From positions 186,001-250,000 of the forward strand of contig CM038998.1 of assembly GCA_017499595.2 (NCBI GenBank): a stretch of DNA of 64,000 bases, in the 5' to 3' direction. Numbering within the stretch: position 1 is the first letter of the stretch; every line of letters starts with the position of its first letter. The position numbers and the translations under genes are program-made. This document shows positions 1-13,321 of the stretch, piece by piece. Source of the stretch: Psilocybe cubensis (Eukaryota). A model generated the notes under the pieces. That model was given only the letters and a program-made list of their open reading frames with translations, was not told the origin of the DNA and made no database searches.

Positions 1-721
1 GGTGCAGTTTCAATGTGTTTTTTTACACCCATCGTAGAAATCAATTACGCCTGAACAACAAATTGCAAACCACCTCAATTAAAAGGAGTTAGCCGTAGTG
101 ATAAGGAGTGTGATTGAATCTGAGGACATTTGACAGAATGGAAGGAGTGCAAACGACTGTCGCGATCAGGATACAGACACGCGTTCACGGTTTTGGGGTG
201 CAACGGAGTTCATTAAACTACGACTACTGTCTCGGCAGCCCTGTTGTGTTCTCTACACATGGCGTTTCAAATGTCCCATATTCCCCTGGTCCTGGTCATG
301 GATCGCTACCGCTATAGGAGGAGAGCTTCAGAAAAGCTTAACAACAAATGCCTCTCGGAGCTCATGCCTCAAAAGGTGGAACCAAAGAAAACTGGATGTC
401 GAAAAAGTTGTTTATATCAGATTGATCATGACCATATGCTGATTGCGACAACGGCCTTCATAAAAGCTTCGTCACACATCATTTACCAAGGCACTCATTC
501 AATCGGACTTTTTATCAAATGGTAGTGGAAAGAGTGTAGAAGATCTTCGAAGACGCACCTTGAATACTACATACCCCGTTCGGGTAACAGTGAGAGTTTT
601 GCCACGACCACCGTTAGTTGTTGAATTATAATGGACCAGATGCGAAAGGCGGCGATGTCTGCTATTTGACCCATCCACCGTCAAAATCGCCACTCTCGAA
701 AAACTACCATCACCACCTCCA

Positions 722-1752
722 ATGGCCCCAAACAAGATATCCGACCCTCTGAAGATAATGATTCCGTAAGTCTTGGACAGTATTTTTATGTTCCTGGGAT
801 CAATACAAAATATTAAAACAGCATCATGGGAGCAACAGGCGCAGGCAAAAGTAGTGTACGTATCTGTAAAACATGTCATAGTCCTAAACGCCGTCTCACA
901 ACATCAGTTCATCAACATGGCTATAGGAACGGAGAGCAGAAAGGTCGGGCACAACATCCAGTCTTGCACTTTCGAGGTTGCCGCTGTTGAGGTCCCTCCG
1001 TCGAAGCTCCAAGACATCCCATTGATATCAAATAGAAAGGTTTACCTCGTCGATACGCCCGGTTTCGATAACACCTACCACCACGACGTCGAAATCTTGG
1101 ATAAAATTGCAACATGGCTAAAAGAGTCGTAAGATAGTTTATTTATGTTCGAAGCGCACAAAGTGCTTACCACAGGCTCCAAAGATACAAAGAATTCACA
1201 ATATGTGGCGTAATATACCTTCACGACATCTCTGCGGATCGCTATACCGGGACAGCAAAGCGTAACTTGCAGATTTTCAGTAAACTCTGCGGGGACTCTG
1301 ATGGCGTTCTTGATCACGTCATCATTGGATTGACCAAAGGCAGCCGCATCCCATCAGATGAGGCCTTGAGGCGAGAAGAAGGATTGAAGGAGCGTCAATG
1401 GGGACATATGCTCTCCAAAGGCGTGGAGGTTTATCGCGTTTCGGAAGACGGCACGGAGATCCATCCAATAGACCTTCTTCGTAAGATATTCCAAAAGCAT
1501 CAGGAGCACCTAACTCTCAGGATTCAAGAGGAGATGACCATACAGAGAAAAATCGTTCCGCAGACGGATGCAGGCTTGGAAGTACGCCTGACCCTGGAAC
1601 AGATACTGACACTTTATAAAAAGCAATCAGAATATGCAGAAACCTCTGCAGATCGTAAGGCGATCGAAAAGAAAATCGAAATTTTGTCAAACCAGATCAA
1701 TACCTTGGAAATCCCTCTTTCGCGTCGACTGCGAATGCTCCTCGGAATCTAG
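722..1752 (+). CDS. P-loop GTPase (MMR_HSR1/AIG1-like fungal family), multi-exon
   Basis: Spliced reading gives IMGATGAGKSS (G1), FINMA...SCT, VYLVDTPGFDNT (G3), GVIYLHDIS, then LCG...IIGLTK; GT-AG introns at about 766-821, 856-907 and 1129-1175. Start codon uncertain. Confidence 0.85.
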
Positions 1753-4700
1753 AGTGCGAAGTACGAGGATTTGGGAATTAGAGAGATAAGGGAGGTTGCC
1801 GATACGGTGGAAGGGGTTTGAGATGAGTGAACAGAGGCATTTGACGCCCTTGATTGCCATTCCCTACAGAAAAGGTACCCTTGTACGGACAAGATTAGAT
1901 TAGATTATCTATCCACTGTCAATCTCTTCAAACCCAAATTGATTGACAACAGGATGATCCAAAGAACAAAGAGTTGGGTGTAGGCAAGAGAGAATAGGGA
2001 ATTAATAGACCAGGCGATAGCGGCACAATTTTGGACGAAATGACGTCGCAGAGGATCGTAGTTAGAGGCGTCACAGACCAAACAAGACAGTGAGTAACTC
2101 TGTAATCTCTCAGGAAGAATACGGTAGCGCGTAGCGGTAATCCAGGGAGGAGTCAGCAGCGGATGGATGCTGTAGTTCACGTCATCCATGTAAATCGGGA
2201 CTCCTTAGGCTTAGATCTTTGGGATAAAGATAGGAGGCGAAGATTGGTAGTCCAACACAATCAGTTGTCGTCTGCTGGTCCTGTAGTAATCTTGAAACAA
2301 CATATTCCTGCAGATAAATTTGGCCAAACGAAGGGGTAAGAATACACACCTCAACCTGCCCCATTTATATCAACCATCTTTCCTCTCCTTGAACTCGTGT
2401 AGCCTGGTAACCGCGATATATGTTCCACTTTTGAATTCTCGTATCTTGCTTTTGGGATGCAGTAGGTAACGTAGAAGGGCTAAGCTATATCGGAATTGGA
2501 AGAACCTCTTCAAGATGATGACAGAATGAACTTTAAGCTGACAGAAACAGAACGAAAGATGGGTGACGATTGCGCCCCGTGAATCTTTAATCTCCGTCCG
2601 AATTATGCATTGTGCCTCCGACTGATCCGAGATGTCCCGGGGGTGCTTATCAATCACAACGTGGAAAGATAAGATAGTGTTCAACATCCATAGCCAGAGA
2701 AATGAAATCCCAATTAATTGTCCTGTACAAGCTGTCTGGTTCCAATACCCACCACTCTTACTCCGTTCCTTATAATAACCATGACCGGTAGTCACAAACA
2801 CTTGGGTATTGCAGGTCTAATGGGGCTGAAAAGGTAGAAGTTAGGTGGAAGAACACACCGGTGTCACCCCAAAAAATTACCCGCCATTCATTCTCGCGCT
2901 GTCAAATTAAACTGTGTACCGATGCACTGCCTGCCCGATTCGGCCCCCACCTGTCAACTTTAAAGTCTCTTAATTTTCAGTAATCTTTGAGAAATGTCCT
3001 GTGAAGTATCCTTCCCCACATCGCACTAAATACGCGACGTTGCTTGGCAGGATTTACGAGATACATTTTCATGGAATATGCAACCCCACATACTACATCA
3101 ACTGTTATTTTGAATGGAACCTTGGTCTTGTTTATAGTATAATTTTATCTGCCGGCTCCTGTTCGTCGCACTTTCGAATACCCTATTTGTACCAGTCCAT
3201 CTCTGATTTCTATCTTATTTTCTCTGACTCTCCGAGTGCCCTATAACTGAATTGCACCGATGATAACGATCTGTACTATACGCCTACATGTGTCTTTAAA
3301 TCACAAAATCCGCAAATAGAGGTCGATATTCATTTATCAATTCGACTATGAATCTCAGAAATATTCGAGAAAGTGGAACTAAAATCGAATGCATTGAAAT
3401 TCTGGATTGACGGGAAGATGTCAAACGTATGTTGTGGGCAGTATGCTCATCTCGGTTATTTTACCCGATATACCATAGAAAAATGGTTAGGAAAAAGTGG
3501 ATTTTCCTTCTATGAAGGTTCCTATTTACATAAAAAAGCCTACTGGCGGCTGAGAATTTATTACCTAAGGCATTATTAGCCTCGTGAATGCGCCCAAGTG
3601 CAGTCGTCTTTTTCAAGTCCCTTCACTGGCACCCTAACTAGTTGAATGTCCATCATTCTACTCGCAATTTTCCGAAATGTCTTGTTGGTCTATACTTGAG
3701 ATTAACCCGTTCACTCCGCATCATAACTCCGTTTTACGCCAGATATTTCTTCTGGATAGCGCTCGCTCGTAAAGGTAAGAAATATGAACTCGTATGAACT
3801 TTCTGACGTCGTCACGACGGCAGACTTTGGCTGTGTCCATTCCGCCGAAACACCAACACCACTTGTAGCGCACTGAAAAAGCAGACTTTGATCTGCTCTC
3901 ACCACTATGTAACTGTGCCTGCCACAGATTTATTTTAGGATGTAGTCAATCATGAAACCGACGTGACGCACACACACCGTTCAAGACCGTCCGCCAATCC
4001 AATTGCACATCCCAAACCTGCTTGCCCGTCAATGGCCGGACACCCAGCCATTTGAAGCGTCGTTATAATTGTCCCTACTCATTGCGCAAGCTATACTTGC
4101 AACTTGTACGTTATCCGTCAACGCACTGCATGTCTGTTCCTGACGCCGTTTCCCATTTTCAGTATGCATTCCTCTGCTTTGATGGTCAGCTGGGTCTAGA
4201 TATCGGAGGGTGTAGCGACTATGTGACTGGAGAAGCCCCCATGGGGACCATAGGTGTTCGCTCTTTTCTTCTCAAGCGCCAATCACGGCGGACAAATTCT
4301 CGATTCGTTAGGTTTCTACAAGTACGTCAACCCCCACACCCCTGCGACATCTGAGACAGACAGGCACCATGTTGACCAAACCTTTAGCCATCCACCATAG
4401 GACACTAACCCTCCCTTCAATCCAAAAACCACTCGACCGTACCCTAACTAGTATCTGCTTTCTTCAGGTGATCATGAGCCCGGCAGCTTTCCCTCTCCCA
4501 AAGGCAAAGCGCCAACTCATCCGCCTGGAGTCTGAGCGACGCCCGCCACAATCCAGGGTTGCTCGTATCCGTACTGCCCACCGCATCACTCCGTCACACA
4601 TTTACGTCTTTGTCTACACCGGATTTCCAAACGGCGAAAGCTATGTGCTCAGCTGTCACGACCGACCCAGCCATTTATAAACCGTTCCACTTCTCTCGGA

Positions 4701-4877
4701 GCTCGAAGGGAGCTTGACCTTGTTGGTCGCCTAAAATATCGAATATAACGGGGGCTTAATTGACTTCACCGTGCTTCCCTTGATCCCTCCTGGGCCGTAA
4801 CAATCACTATCATTGGTGCCATCGGGGTCAAGCAGCACTCAGCCGCTACACCACAGCAAAGAGAAGCACTAACAAGA

Positions 4878-6966
4878 ATGGTCGACATCGGGCGTACTTT
4901 TGGAGCACTCATGATCGGTGGGATCATTGCTGCCGTGTAGGTCGAGTCCGGTTACTCTTTGCACAATTTGCAGCTCAATGCTTCTTTTTCTCCCTCCATT
5001 CAAAATCGGCTGTCATGTTGTGCTGTAATACTGACACGATATCTCTTATGAACATAGCTTCTCGGGTATGGTTACATCTCAAGCATTTTCCTACTTCAAA
5101 TACTACACCAATGATCCACGTGCCCTTAGAGGACTTGTTGCTCTCGTCTGGTATGTATCGGCTTTTCTAGTCCAGACCACTGCAAAATGAGATTAACCAT
5201 GACTTGTACATGTCTTTGAACAGGTTCCTCGACTTCTGTCACACAATATTCATCACTACGGCGTTATGGGACCACCTCATTGCTCACTTCGGGGATGCAG
5301 CGAGGATAGATTTTATTCCCTGGTATTTAGAGACTTCTACTACAAATGATGACATTGCTCATTACTTTCTCTGAACCCTTAGGTCGCTAGCGGTGCGCTC
5401 TTCGCATGCTCAGTACTACGCCTGATATCACTAAACATGTATTTCATTATAGATCACCATTGCCTTCACGGTATGCTTAACTGTATACCACTGACCACCC
5501 CTACTCGGGCTAACGTTACTTTTACAGGCTGTATTGACATTCCTTGTCCACCTGTAAGTGTCTCTTTGCCCATTCCGCATTTTGGATATATGAATATCAA
5601 GTATTGTTCAGCTTCTTCGTCTACCGGATTTTCAAATGTATATCAAAGTCGGCTTTTTGGCGTTCATTTCTCATTATTTCTCGTATCTAGTAAGCAAGAA
5701 CAACTACATCGTGGCTGTGCCTCTGGTATGTTCCGCTTCTATGTCTGCCTCTTAATTCAGCGCTAACTGACTTGCAGGCTATTTTGGCTTGTGCGCGTCT
5801 TGGTGAGTTTCCTATTGCACAATATGCAATATAACATGTGAAACTTACAATGATTCCAAAGGCTTTGCCTGTTGTAAGTGGAGATGCCTGAATATCTCTC
5901 GTAGCTATTACTTATGCTGCCTCGCCTATCAGTGACCACAGCTAAAATGTCTGTCTACACCACAATCTCTCATGTACGGTCGGCTGACTGATTCTCGCGT
6001 CTTATAGGATCCGACTGAAAAGCCTGAAGACCTTTGTAAAGTTATATACGGTACTAGAATTTTGTCTTCTCAGACCTCATAATGCTTACATTGCTCTATT
6101 TAAAGTGGTCATTCTCACTGGGGCTTGCTATATCTTCACTTTTGGACGTCTTGATTACAATCTCTCTGTGTTATCTTCTCCAAAAGAAGCACAAAAAGAA
6201 TTCAAGGTAATCTGCTTGGTAATATGATCACGACTTTCACTAAGAACAATTTACGCCTGATTATCAGTCTAAACCACATACTGGACTCGTTGATGCTATA
6301 CACATTCGAAACTGGGTCGATAACTTGGTACGTGTGTACCGAATATCGTTACTCGGCCCTGTTGAATGACTAATCTGTCGTCAGCGCTGCAACTGTAACA
6401 TCGCTGATTTGTGTGAGTCGACGTATGGACGTCTCATTATCAAAGACACAACTCACTCATCCTGTAGTGGCTTACCATGCATACCAATCTCATCTTCATG
6501 GGCATCCATTTTGTGATTAGTAAATGTATGATTACATCCTTCCTTCCGATACTATCATGTTCTGATGAAGATTATTAGTCTATGCCAACTCGCTCCTTGC
6601 GACGTAAGCTATTGATGTACCCCTGATTCATACTACCACTCATTCGTTTATTCCAGTCTAAATGCTCGGAAGACTTTGCACCCCACAAGCCACCGTGCTC
6701 AAGGCTCATACGACCGCAATATGCCAATCATGTTCCCAAACAACTCTTTCGGTCTCTCGAGCAATAACACGCCTTCTGTAAGTCCTCTTCGTACAGAATC
6801 AGGAGGAACGTGAAAACGGTACTCACGGCACCTGAAGTTGAAAATTAAAATCGACGAAACGAAAATGTCCAGGTCTGATGGAACCTCTTCAGGCTCTGGA
6901 AGCCGAAATCCCTCAACTGTCGAGGACCATGATGTTAAATCCAGAGGAGAAATGGATGTTTGTTGA
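4878..6966 (+). CDS. DUF6534-family multi-pass membrane protein, copy 1 (many micro-exons)
   Basis: MVDIGRTFGALMIGGIIAA..QAFSYFKYYTND..VWFLDFCHT..WDHLIAHFGD..LDVLITISLCYLL..YTFETG..KLYANSLLATLNARK, assembled from about 20 short exons; stop TGA at 6964-6966. Confidence 0.85.
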
Positions 6967-9368
6967 AGGGTCTTATCCTTTTCACTGTTGTTCTGTTCTT
7001 TGGCTTCTTAATCCAAATATGTACTAATCGGTATATTATCCTATGTGCTGGCTATTTTTCATGCATCGTTAATAGCCTTTAGATGCCCAAATGTTAAATA
7101 TGTACCTCTGAGATGCTTTTAATTCAAAATAGCTTTGTCTACGAGGGCGAAATATCAGGATATGGATTGGTGATGTAGTCATTTGAATTTGACCTCGGAC
7201 TTTACCTTCCGGAGAGGGGTTCGGAAGCAGGGCCGGAGGCTGCGTTATTCGAGCGGAGATGGAAGCACGGCAAAGGCCGCTGTTCGCACTCGCGTAATCA
7301 AAAGAGTCCAGAACCTGGACAGGCCGCCCGCGCCAACTCTCTTCTGTGCTAATCTTCTGATGCAGTGTGCACTCGCTTAATACAGCTATACTTCATCTGT
7401 CCTACCCATCCATTCCGGAAAGGTCGCCAACTGAACATGACGAACTTCAAAATTAAGCGTATGCGCCGCTACATGCCCAGCAAATCTGTTACCTATGAGT
7501 GTGCAGAAACGAGCTATCATACTTTTATCGTCGCGCACTTCTGATCTACTTATACCAAACTACTGCTAATAACATTAATTCATTGTGAATACATAAATCA
7601 CACGCGATAAGAACGCAAGTCGCTGGAAACAATACCATATTCTTTCCACCTACAATGAAACTATATTAATTACCACGCTAGATTGAATTCATCTTATTAG
7701 ACTCTTAAAGTCCTGTTTTTCCCAGTGCTACCACTGGCAGATAATGTATACTGCTCTGTATTAACAGATTCGCAAATTTCAATGACTTTTCATCTCCGAT
7801 TGTGGGGCAACTCTACGTTATTTTTATCGATCAGGAATCAAGTGCCACATTTGTTGTTCGCGCTCTCCGGCTTTTTGAGGTGCCTAGCTTAACTCACCGA
7901 TACTAAATTCAGGCGCTCGACGTAGGGATTGAACCAGAGCTGCAAATTTTGGCCAAAAAATCTGAAGCATGCACTCGTACGGTAGCGCCGGCGAGGTATG
8001 AAAGCTTTAGAAGCCTCGGAGTTTCAGTTGCCGAGATTCCGGCGGCGTTTTTCATCTTGTCCATGCCATGTTTGTGTTGAGTCTAATTACGACAAACGGG
8101 GAAAGTGCTTGATTTGCGGTCCAAGTCGCTCAGATGGTAACATCTCCACCTATTAAACTGTCGAGAAATAGTGAATGCATGGCAAATTGATGAGAACCTC
8201 ACTGGAGAAATTTTAATTGTAACAGGACGAAAACTTCTACATATCCACACAAAGCTCCAACGTCTTCCTACGACTGTCCATAAAATTTTGTGAAGTCGAA
8301 GACATCATAAGTCTTAGCATAGTCTCAGCGCATTTCATATTCATATTCCGCACGCCATTTACGTATCATTAAACTTGTCTTTGCCCACCCCCCCAGACAG
8401 CCTTCCAGAACCTGTCCTCGACGCCTGCTTAGTCCTTCTTCGATTTCAGCAGTACCCTATGGACACAAGCTTGGAACACTGTACTATCCTTCAAGCGTGT
8501 TGATTTTGGAACTTTAAAATTTTATGATGTGTACTCGTCAGTGGGTATTTCACCGACATCTTTATACAGTATAACCGGAGAAGTACTTTTAGTGCGCCTC
8601 GTGTGAAGACCAGGTACGTCCCTAGCCTCCTTTTAAATTGCACCTACTGGGCGTTGACCATTCTCGTCATGAGCAACTTGGAGGCAACTTGATCTGAACG
8701 CCCCAGCAATCTTTTCTATGTCAGCTATATATCGTTCGCAGATTGACATGTAAGTGAGCTGCTTATCACTGAGATGGCATCATTAATAGGAATAGCTTCA
8801 TACCGTCTGCTGGCAGCCAAAATTGCGACATACGCCTAAATTCAACGCATGTACGTGACCTCATCTATAATTATAATCACCGATCAGACGTACGTTACCT
8901 CAACTTGTACGATACCCCATTCAGTGGGTCTTGCACAATTGGGGAGGAAGAATTTGAAATATACATCGTAATGCGATCACTACCACAAAGCCATGCCAGA
9001 GAAAGCGCCTCTAGATTTTGAGTGTACATCCACAGTGCACACTTACATGGATAAATTCATCCCACTGATACTTCCAAATGTGAGGTATTCAACTATCCAG
9101 ATTTGTCCTGGAGTCAAAAGAAGATGACATGGCGTGGAAGCAGACACACAGTCATGACCGACTGCTGGAGTACGTGAATGTGTGCTTCTTCTGGCACCTA
9201 AAAATGTCATATGTTGGTATCGTCCTCATCGGACCTCTCGGACCCTTCCTAACGAAACGGACGGAGGCAATCTCCTTTGTGGCGGTAATCCACTTCATAA
9301 ATACCCCTGCCAAATCCGTGGGGCATGTTTCGCCTTCGTCGCTCCCTCGCTCATTCAACCAGCTCATC

Positions 9369-11192
9369 ATGGTCGTCGACGTCGAACGCACATTTGGCGC
9401 GCTCTTAATAGGGGGTATTGTAGCCTTCAAGTGAGTAACAAATCATTCGTCAAACATCGCTATCTGATACGTTCACCATGAAGCTTATCTGGCTTAGTGA
9501 CCGCCCAGGCCGTCGCGTACTTCAAGCGCTATCCTAAGGATTTCAGATTCCTGAAGCTGATGGTACGATGGAAATTGGTTGTAATACCTTGTTCAGTTGT
9601 GTTTACGTGTCGCTCCATAGATCGTCGGTGTTTGGTAAGAAACTCATTTCCATAAGCATGCTCTGTATCTGATAGAGTCTGAATAGGTTCCTTGACTTCC
9701 TGCATACAATCTTTGTCTCCATCGCTCTCTGGGATCATTTAATCGTTCATTTTGGTGATGTTTCTCGCATCGACTTTATTCCATGGTCACTGGGGGTATG
9801 TGTTTGTATATTATGCGTTCACAAACCTGCTAACTTTCTTTGTATAGGCAACGGTAGCATTAACGGTAAGCTTCAGCATATCATCACCGACTTGCAACCA
9901 AGAATTTATGAACATCTTATCTCAAGGGGATATTGACAATCTTTGTGCACATGTAAGGTTTTATAATTTACGCAAGTTATCGTCCATTAACCCTTGCCTT
10001 TAGATTCTTTGTTCACCGTATCTATCTATGTAAGCAAACTCGATTTGATGTTCGCATTTACTGAGTTCTATATAGTGAGTCACGGCAACTTCTTCGTCGT
10101 CATACCCATGGCCATGCTATCCGCCCTTCGCCTCTGTAAGTGGAGGATATACATCTCATTTTCACATGTCTCATGTCCTTTATAGCTCTCGCCTTCCGTA
10201 CGTAATATAATGCTCTGAAAACAGCATGAAATGAAAGACTTATTATGTTTACTAATACTACAGTAACCACGATCAAAATGTAAGTCAGATTTTTTTCGTT
10301 TTATTTCCCTAATTAATCCTGCGCTTCAGGATTCAAATCCAGAGCCTTTCAAGGTTCACCCACCTATGGAAAGTATGTATCCGTGTTTCTTTTCGTGACC
10401 CCTGAATTAACGTCGATGTAGTGGTCATTCACTTTCGGTCTTTCCCTGTGTTCAATACTCGACATGCTGTTTGCCGGTTTACTCTGCTTCTTCCTACGGC
10501 AAAACCAGAAGAAGAACTCCAGGTGTGAACAATTCTTCACTATGAGTAAGAGTAGGTTGATGACCGTTTAACTTTAGCATGAACAATATTATTAACAGCC
10601 TCATGCTGTACACATTCGAGACCGGCATGGTTAACTGGTATGAGTTCACGTTTTTTTTGTGTGGTAATTGGCTGATTCATCCTTTTAAAGTGCCGCCTCC
10701 ATTGCAACTCTCATATGCGTAAGCAGAGTATCCATCCTTCGCTTTCTCATTTGACGTGCTATTTGGTGGTAGTGGGTGACTATGAAAGACAACCTGATCT
10801 TCCTCGGAATTCACTTCGCCATCGGCAAATGTTTGTCAATATTTCTCTTCTGTGCGAACTTCAACTGATGTTTCTGGTTCAGTGTATGCCAACTCAGTCA
10901 TGGCAACGTAAGTGTGTGCGCGGTTTCAGTAAACTGATTAGCTTACACAGTATTATAATACCCCAGTTTGAATGCACGAAAGGATCTACGCCAAACCGGC
11001 GGTCGCCCCTCTCAATTTTCTGGCTCTGGGACAAACCCACAAGCCATAATGTATCCCGATAGCTTTACTGTATCCAAAGGTTCGACGGTAAGATGTTGTG
11101 TAAGTGCGAATGGTTCTTTCACTGACTAGTAAAACCTGTGGTTGTAGGTTAAAATCATGGTCGACCAAACAAAGGTTTCGACGTTTGAATGA
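9369..11192 (+). CDS. DUF6534-family multi-pass membrane protein, copy 2 (tandem paralog)
   Basis: MVVDVERTFGALLIGGIVAF..QAVAYFKRYPKD..FLDFLHT..YTFETG..YANSVMATLNARK; exon layout closely parallels copy 1. Confidence 0.85.
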
Positions 11193-11875
11193 AGTAGTCA
11201 TCGTAAGGACATCAAGCTATCGGACATGAAAGTTGTGTACCGCACACTTTCACCCACAGTATGAACCGCCAGAATGCGCCAAACACTCTTTTGTTCCATA
11301 CCTCTCATACCTAGCCATAATAAACGGGTAAATTCTAAATGTGTGTACACTGAGTTGTCAGTGACTCAACTGTCCACTCCTTTGTATTTCGTTATCTGCA
11401 TAAGTAGACGCTGAACTATTCACTTACGTTCACTATTCCTAATTTATTTTATCGAATCGCTTTTAAGTTTTACACGCTCCGACAGAGAGAATAAACCTGC
11501 TTGCCCAATTGAATTTCTTGATTTTGAAGGTTGTCAACTGAAGACCTTTGCGGTACTAGCTTCTGGTTTGAGGATGGACTGTGACCGGAATACATTGGTG
11601 TCATCTTTCCACTGTTTAAGCATCCCATGTCCAGTGCCAACATTGAACTGACTAACAAATATCGATGACAGTAACGACTTTGTCCGTCTGCTTCTTCCGA
11701 TTATGACTGTACTATATGGCATGACTCAGTTTGACTATCTGCGGCGCCCACCTGATTTTACTTTTCATGCTCCTCAGGTGCCAACGACAGCGTATCCCAC
11801 GTAATTTGCTGTTCAGCATCGATTAAGTAGGCATTCTTTCCGTTGTGAGTCGAAAGGATAATCGCAACTACAACA

Positions 11876-12940
11876 CTATGGCAGGATATAAGCGTATTCA
11901 CCCCCTTTTTCGAGGGCCTAGCAGGTACGCGATGAAACGTCATCAGTAAAGTATTTAGACATCTGGAATAAAATGAACTCACCCTTTTATACGCAGGCCT
12001 ACTCACTTACAGGTCATTATGGTCCTCTAAGGTTACACTGTAATGGCAAAACACACCTTGCCTGCATCCGGCGAACGTATTCAATAGTCTTGGGGCCAGC
12101 AACCTCCGGAGCACGATTTACGAGTATCTCAAGGGTAAATCCCATCATGTAATCCGAAGCAGTTGGATTGTCGCCACCAGCAAACCACACTTTATTCTTC
12201 TCTAGGTGTTTCTCAATCTATGCATTTCATGCCGTCAGATCCATACAGGGCGAAATTTAAAGCATACATACCAGATCTCCATGCTTTCTAAGGTCTGGAC
12301 CATTCATCAAACTGTCGGCTTTGGTAAGTACGTTTTTGACAATAGGCCGAATGAGCGCTGGAACACGCTGGGGAAGCAGCCTAAACACTAGTCGGCGGAC
12401 AAGCAGAGGTTGCACAGATCCCTCGGAATAGTGGGTAACTAAACAAAAATAATAGAAATAAGTTATCAGAAAACGGCCAAAAAAAGACGGAGATTACGCA
12501 CAATACAGGTCGTCTATCCACCCCGATTCGCTCACGTCTACCTTTCCAGCCCCATATTTCTTGATGAGATATTCTGTAAAACACAAAGAATAAAAGCTAA
12601 TTCACGAGCAAGCGAAACAAACCCTGACCTACGATAGCACCGCTCTCTGCCAGTGTCACTGCACCATCGGTAATGACGGGAGACTTTCCAAGGGGGTGCA
12701 CATCAAGAAGTTCCTTGGGGGCGAGCCTCTGAGGCGTCCTTTTATACTTCTTTACCTCATATGGTACATTCAACTCTTCCTGAAAACTCCCCTAAGGTTA
12801 GAAATTTCTTATCAGGATGAACAGAAGCTCCTCACTAATAGCCATAATACTCGTTGAGACCGAGAGTCTTCCAAGTGGTGCACAACCACAGTAGGTGTCG
12901 AAGCTGCCACAACGGCGTCGGACGGCGTTGGTGCATCCAT
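11876..12940 (-). CDS. Glutathione S-transferase (Gtt1-like)
   Basis: Spliced minus-strand reading: VVHHLEDSRSQRVLWLL-EELNVPYEVKKY..HPLGKSPVITDG..LAESGAIV-EYLIKKYG..WFAGGDNPTASDYMM..RPAYKRALEKGGEY. Missed by the ORF track because exons are short. Confidence 0.92.
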
Positions 12941-13321
12941 CGGTCAGGTTACTGTCTAGCAGCAGGATTCATATATATTCTCCAAATTGAGACGAATCTG
13001 TGACGTACAGATTGAAGCAAAAAAGATACACGGATGCGGCCACTGAGTCGATGGTGGTAGTTGGGAATCAAGAATGTTAATATTTTTTAGGTCACGCAAT
13101 GATTGCAGAGTCGAGACTGTTATTTCCGGTGTGACTCATTTTCTGCCTTCGGTATGTATAGCTTATTCAATCATTGATGATAAATTGCCTTAAATTGCCC
13201 TTCAGTAAAAGGAAACAAATGTATAAATATGTAGGCTAGGAGGACTGGAATATGGATAGACACAACTTCTAATTGACAAGAAAATGGCAGCCGGGGGATG
13301 TTAGGGCCTTCAAAAGGCAAT

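Noticed and set aside
1905-2801. Three minus-strand ORFs in a row
   Set aside because: No recognisable motif or consistent splice model; may be a decayed gene
7905-7990. B-box-like GGTTCAATCCC on the minus strand
   Set aside because: No A-box or cloverleaf found
8150-8720. Possible F-box gene remnant
   Set aside because: Resemblance too weak; multiple stops
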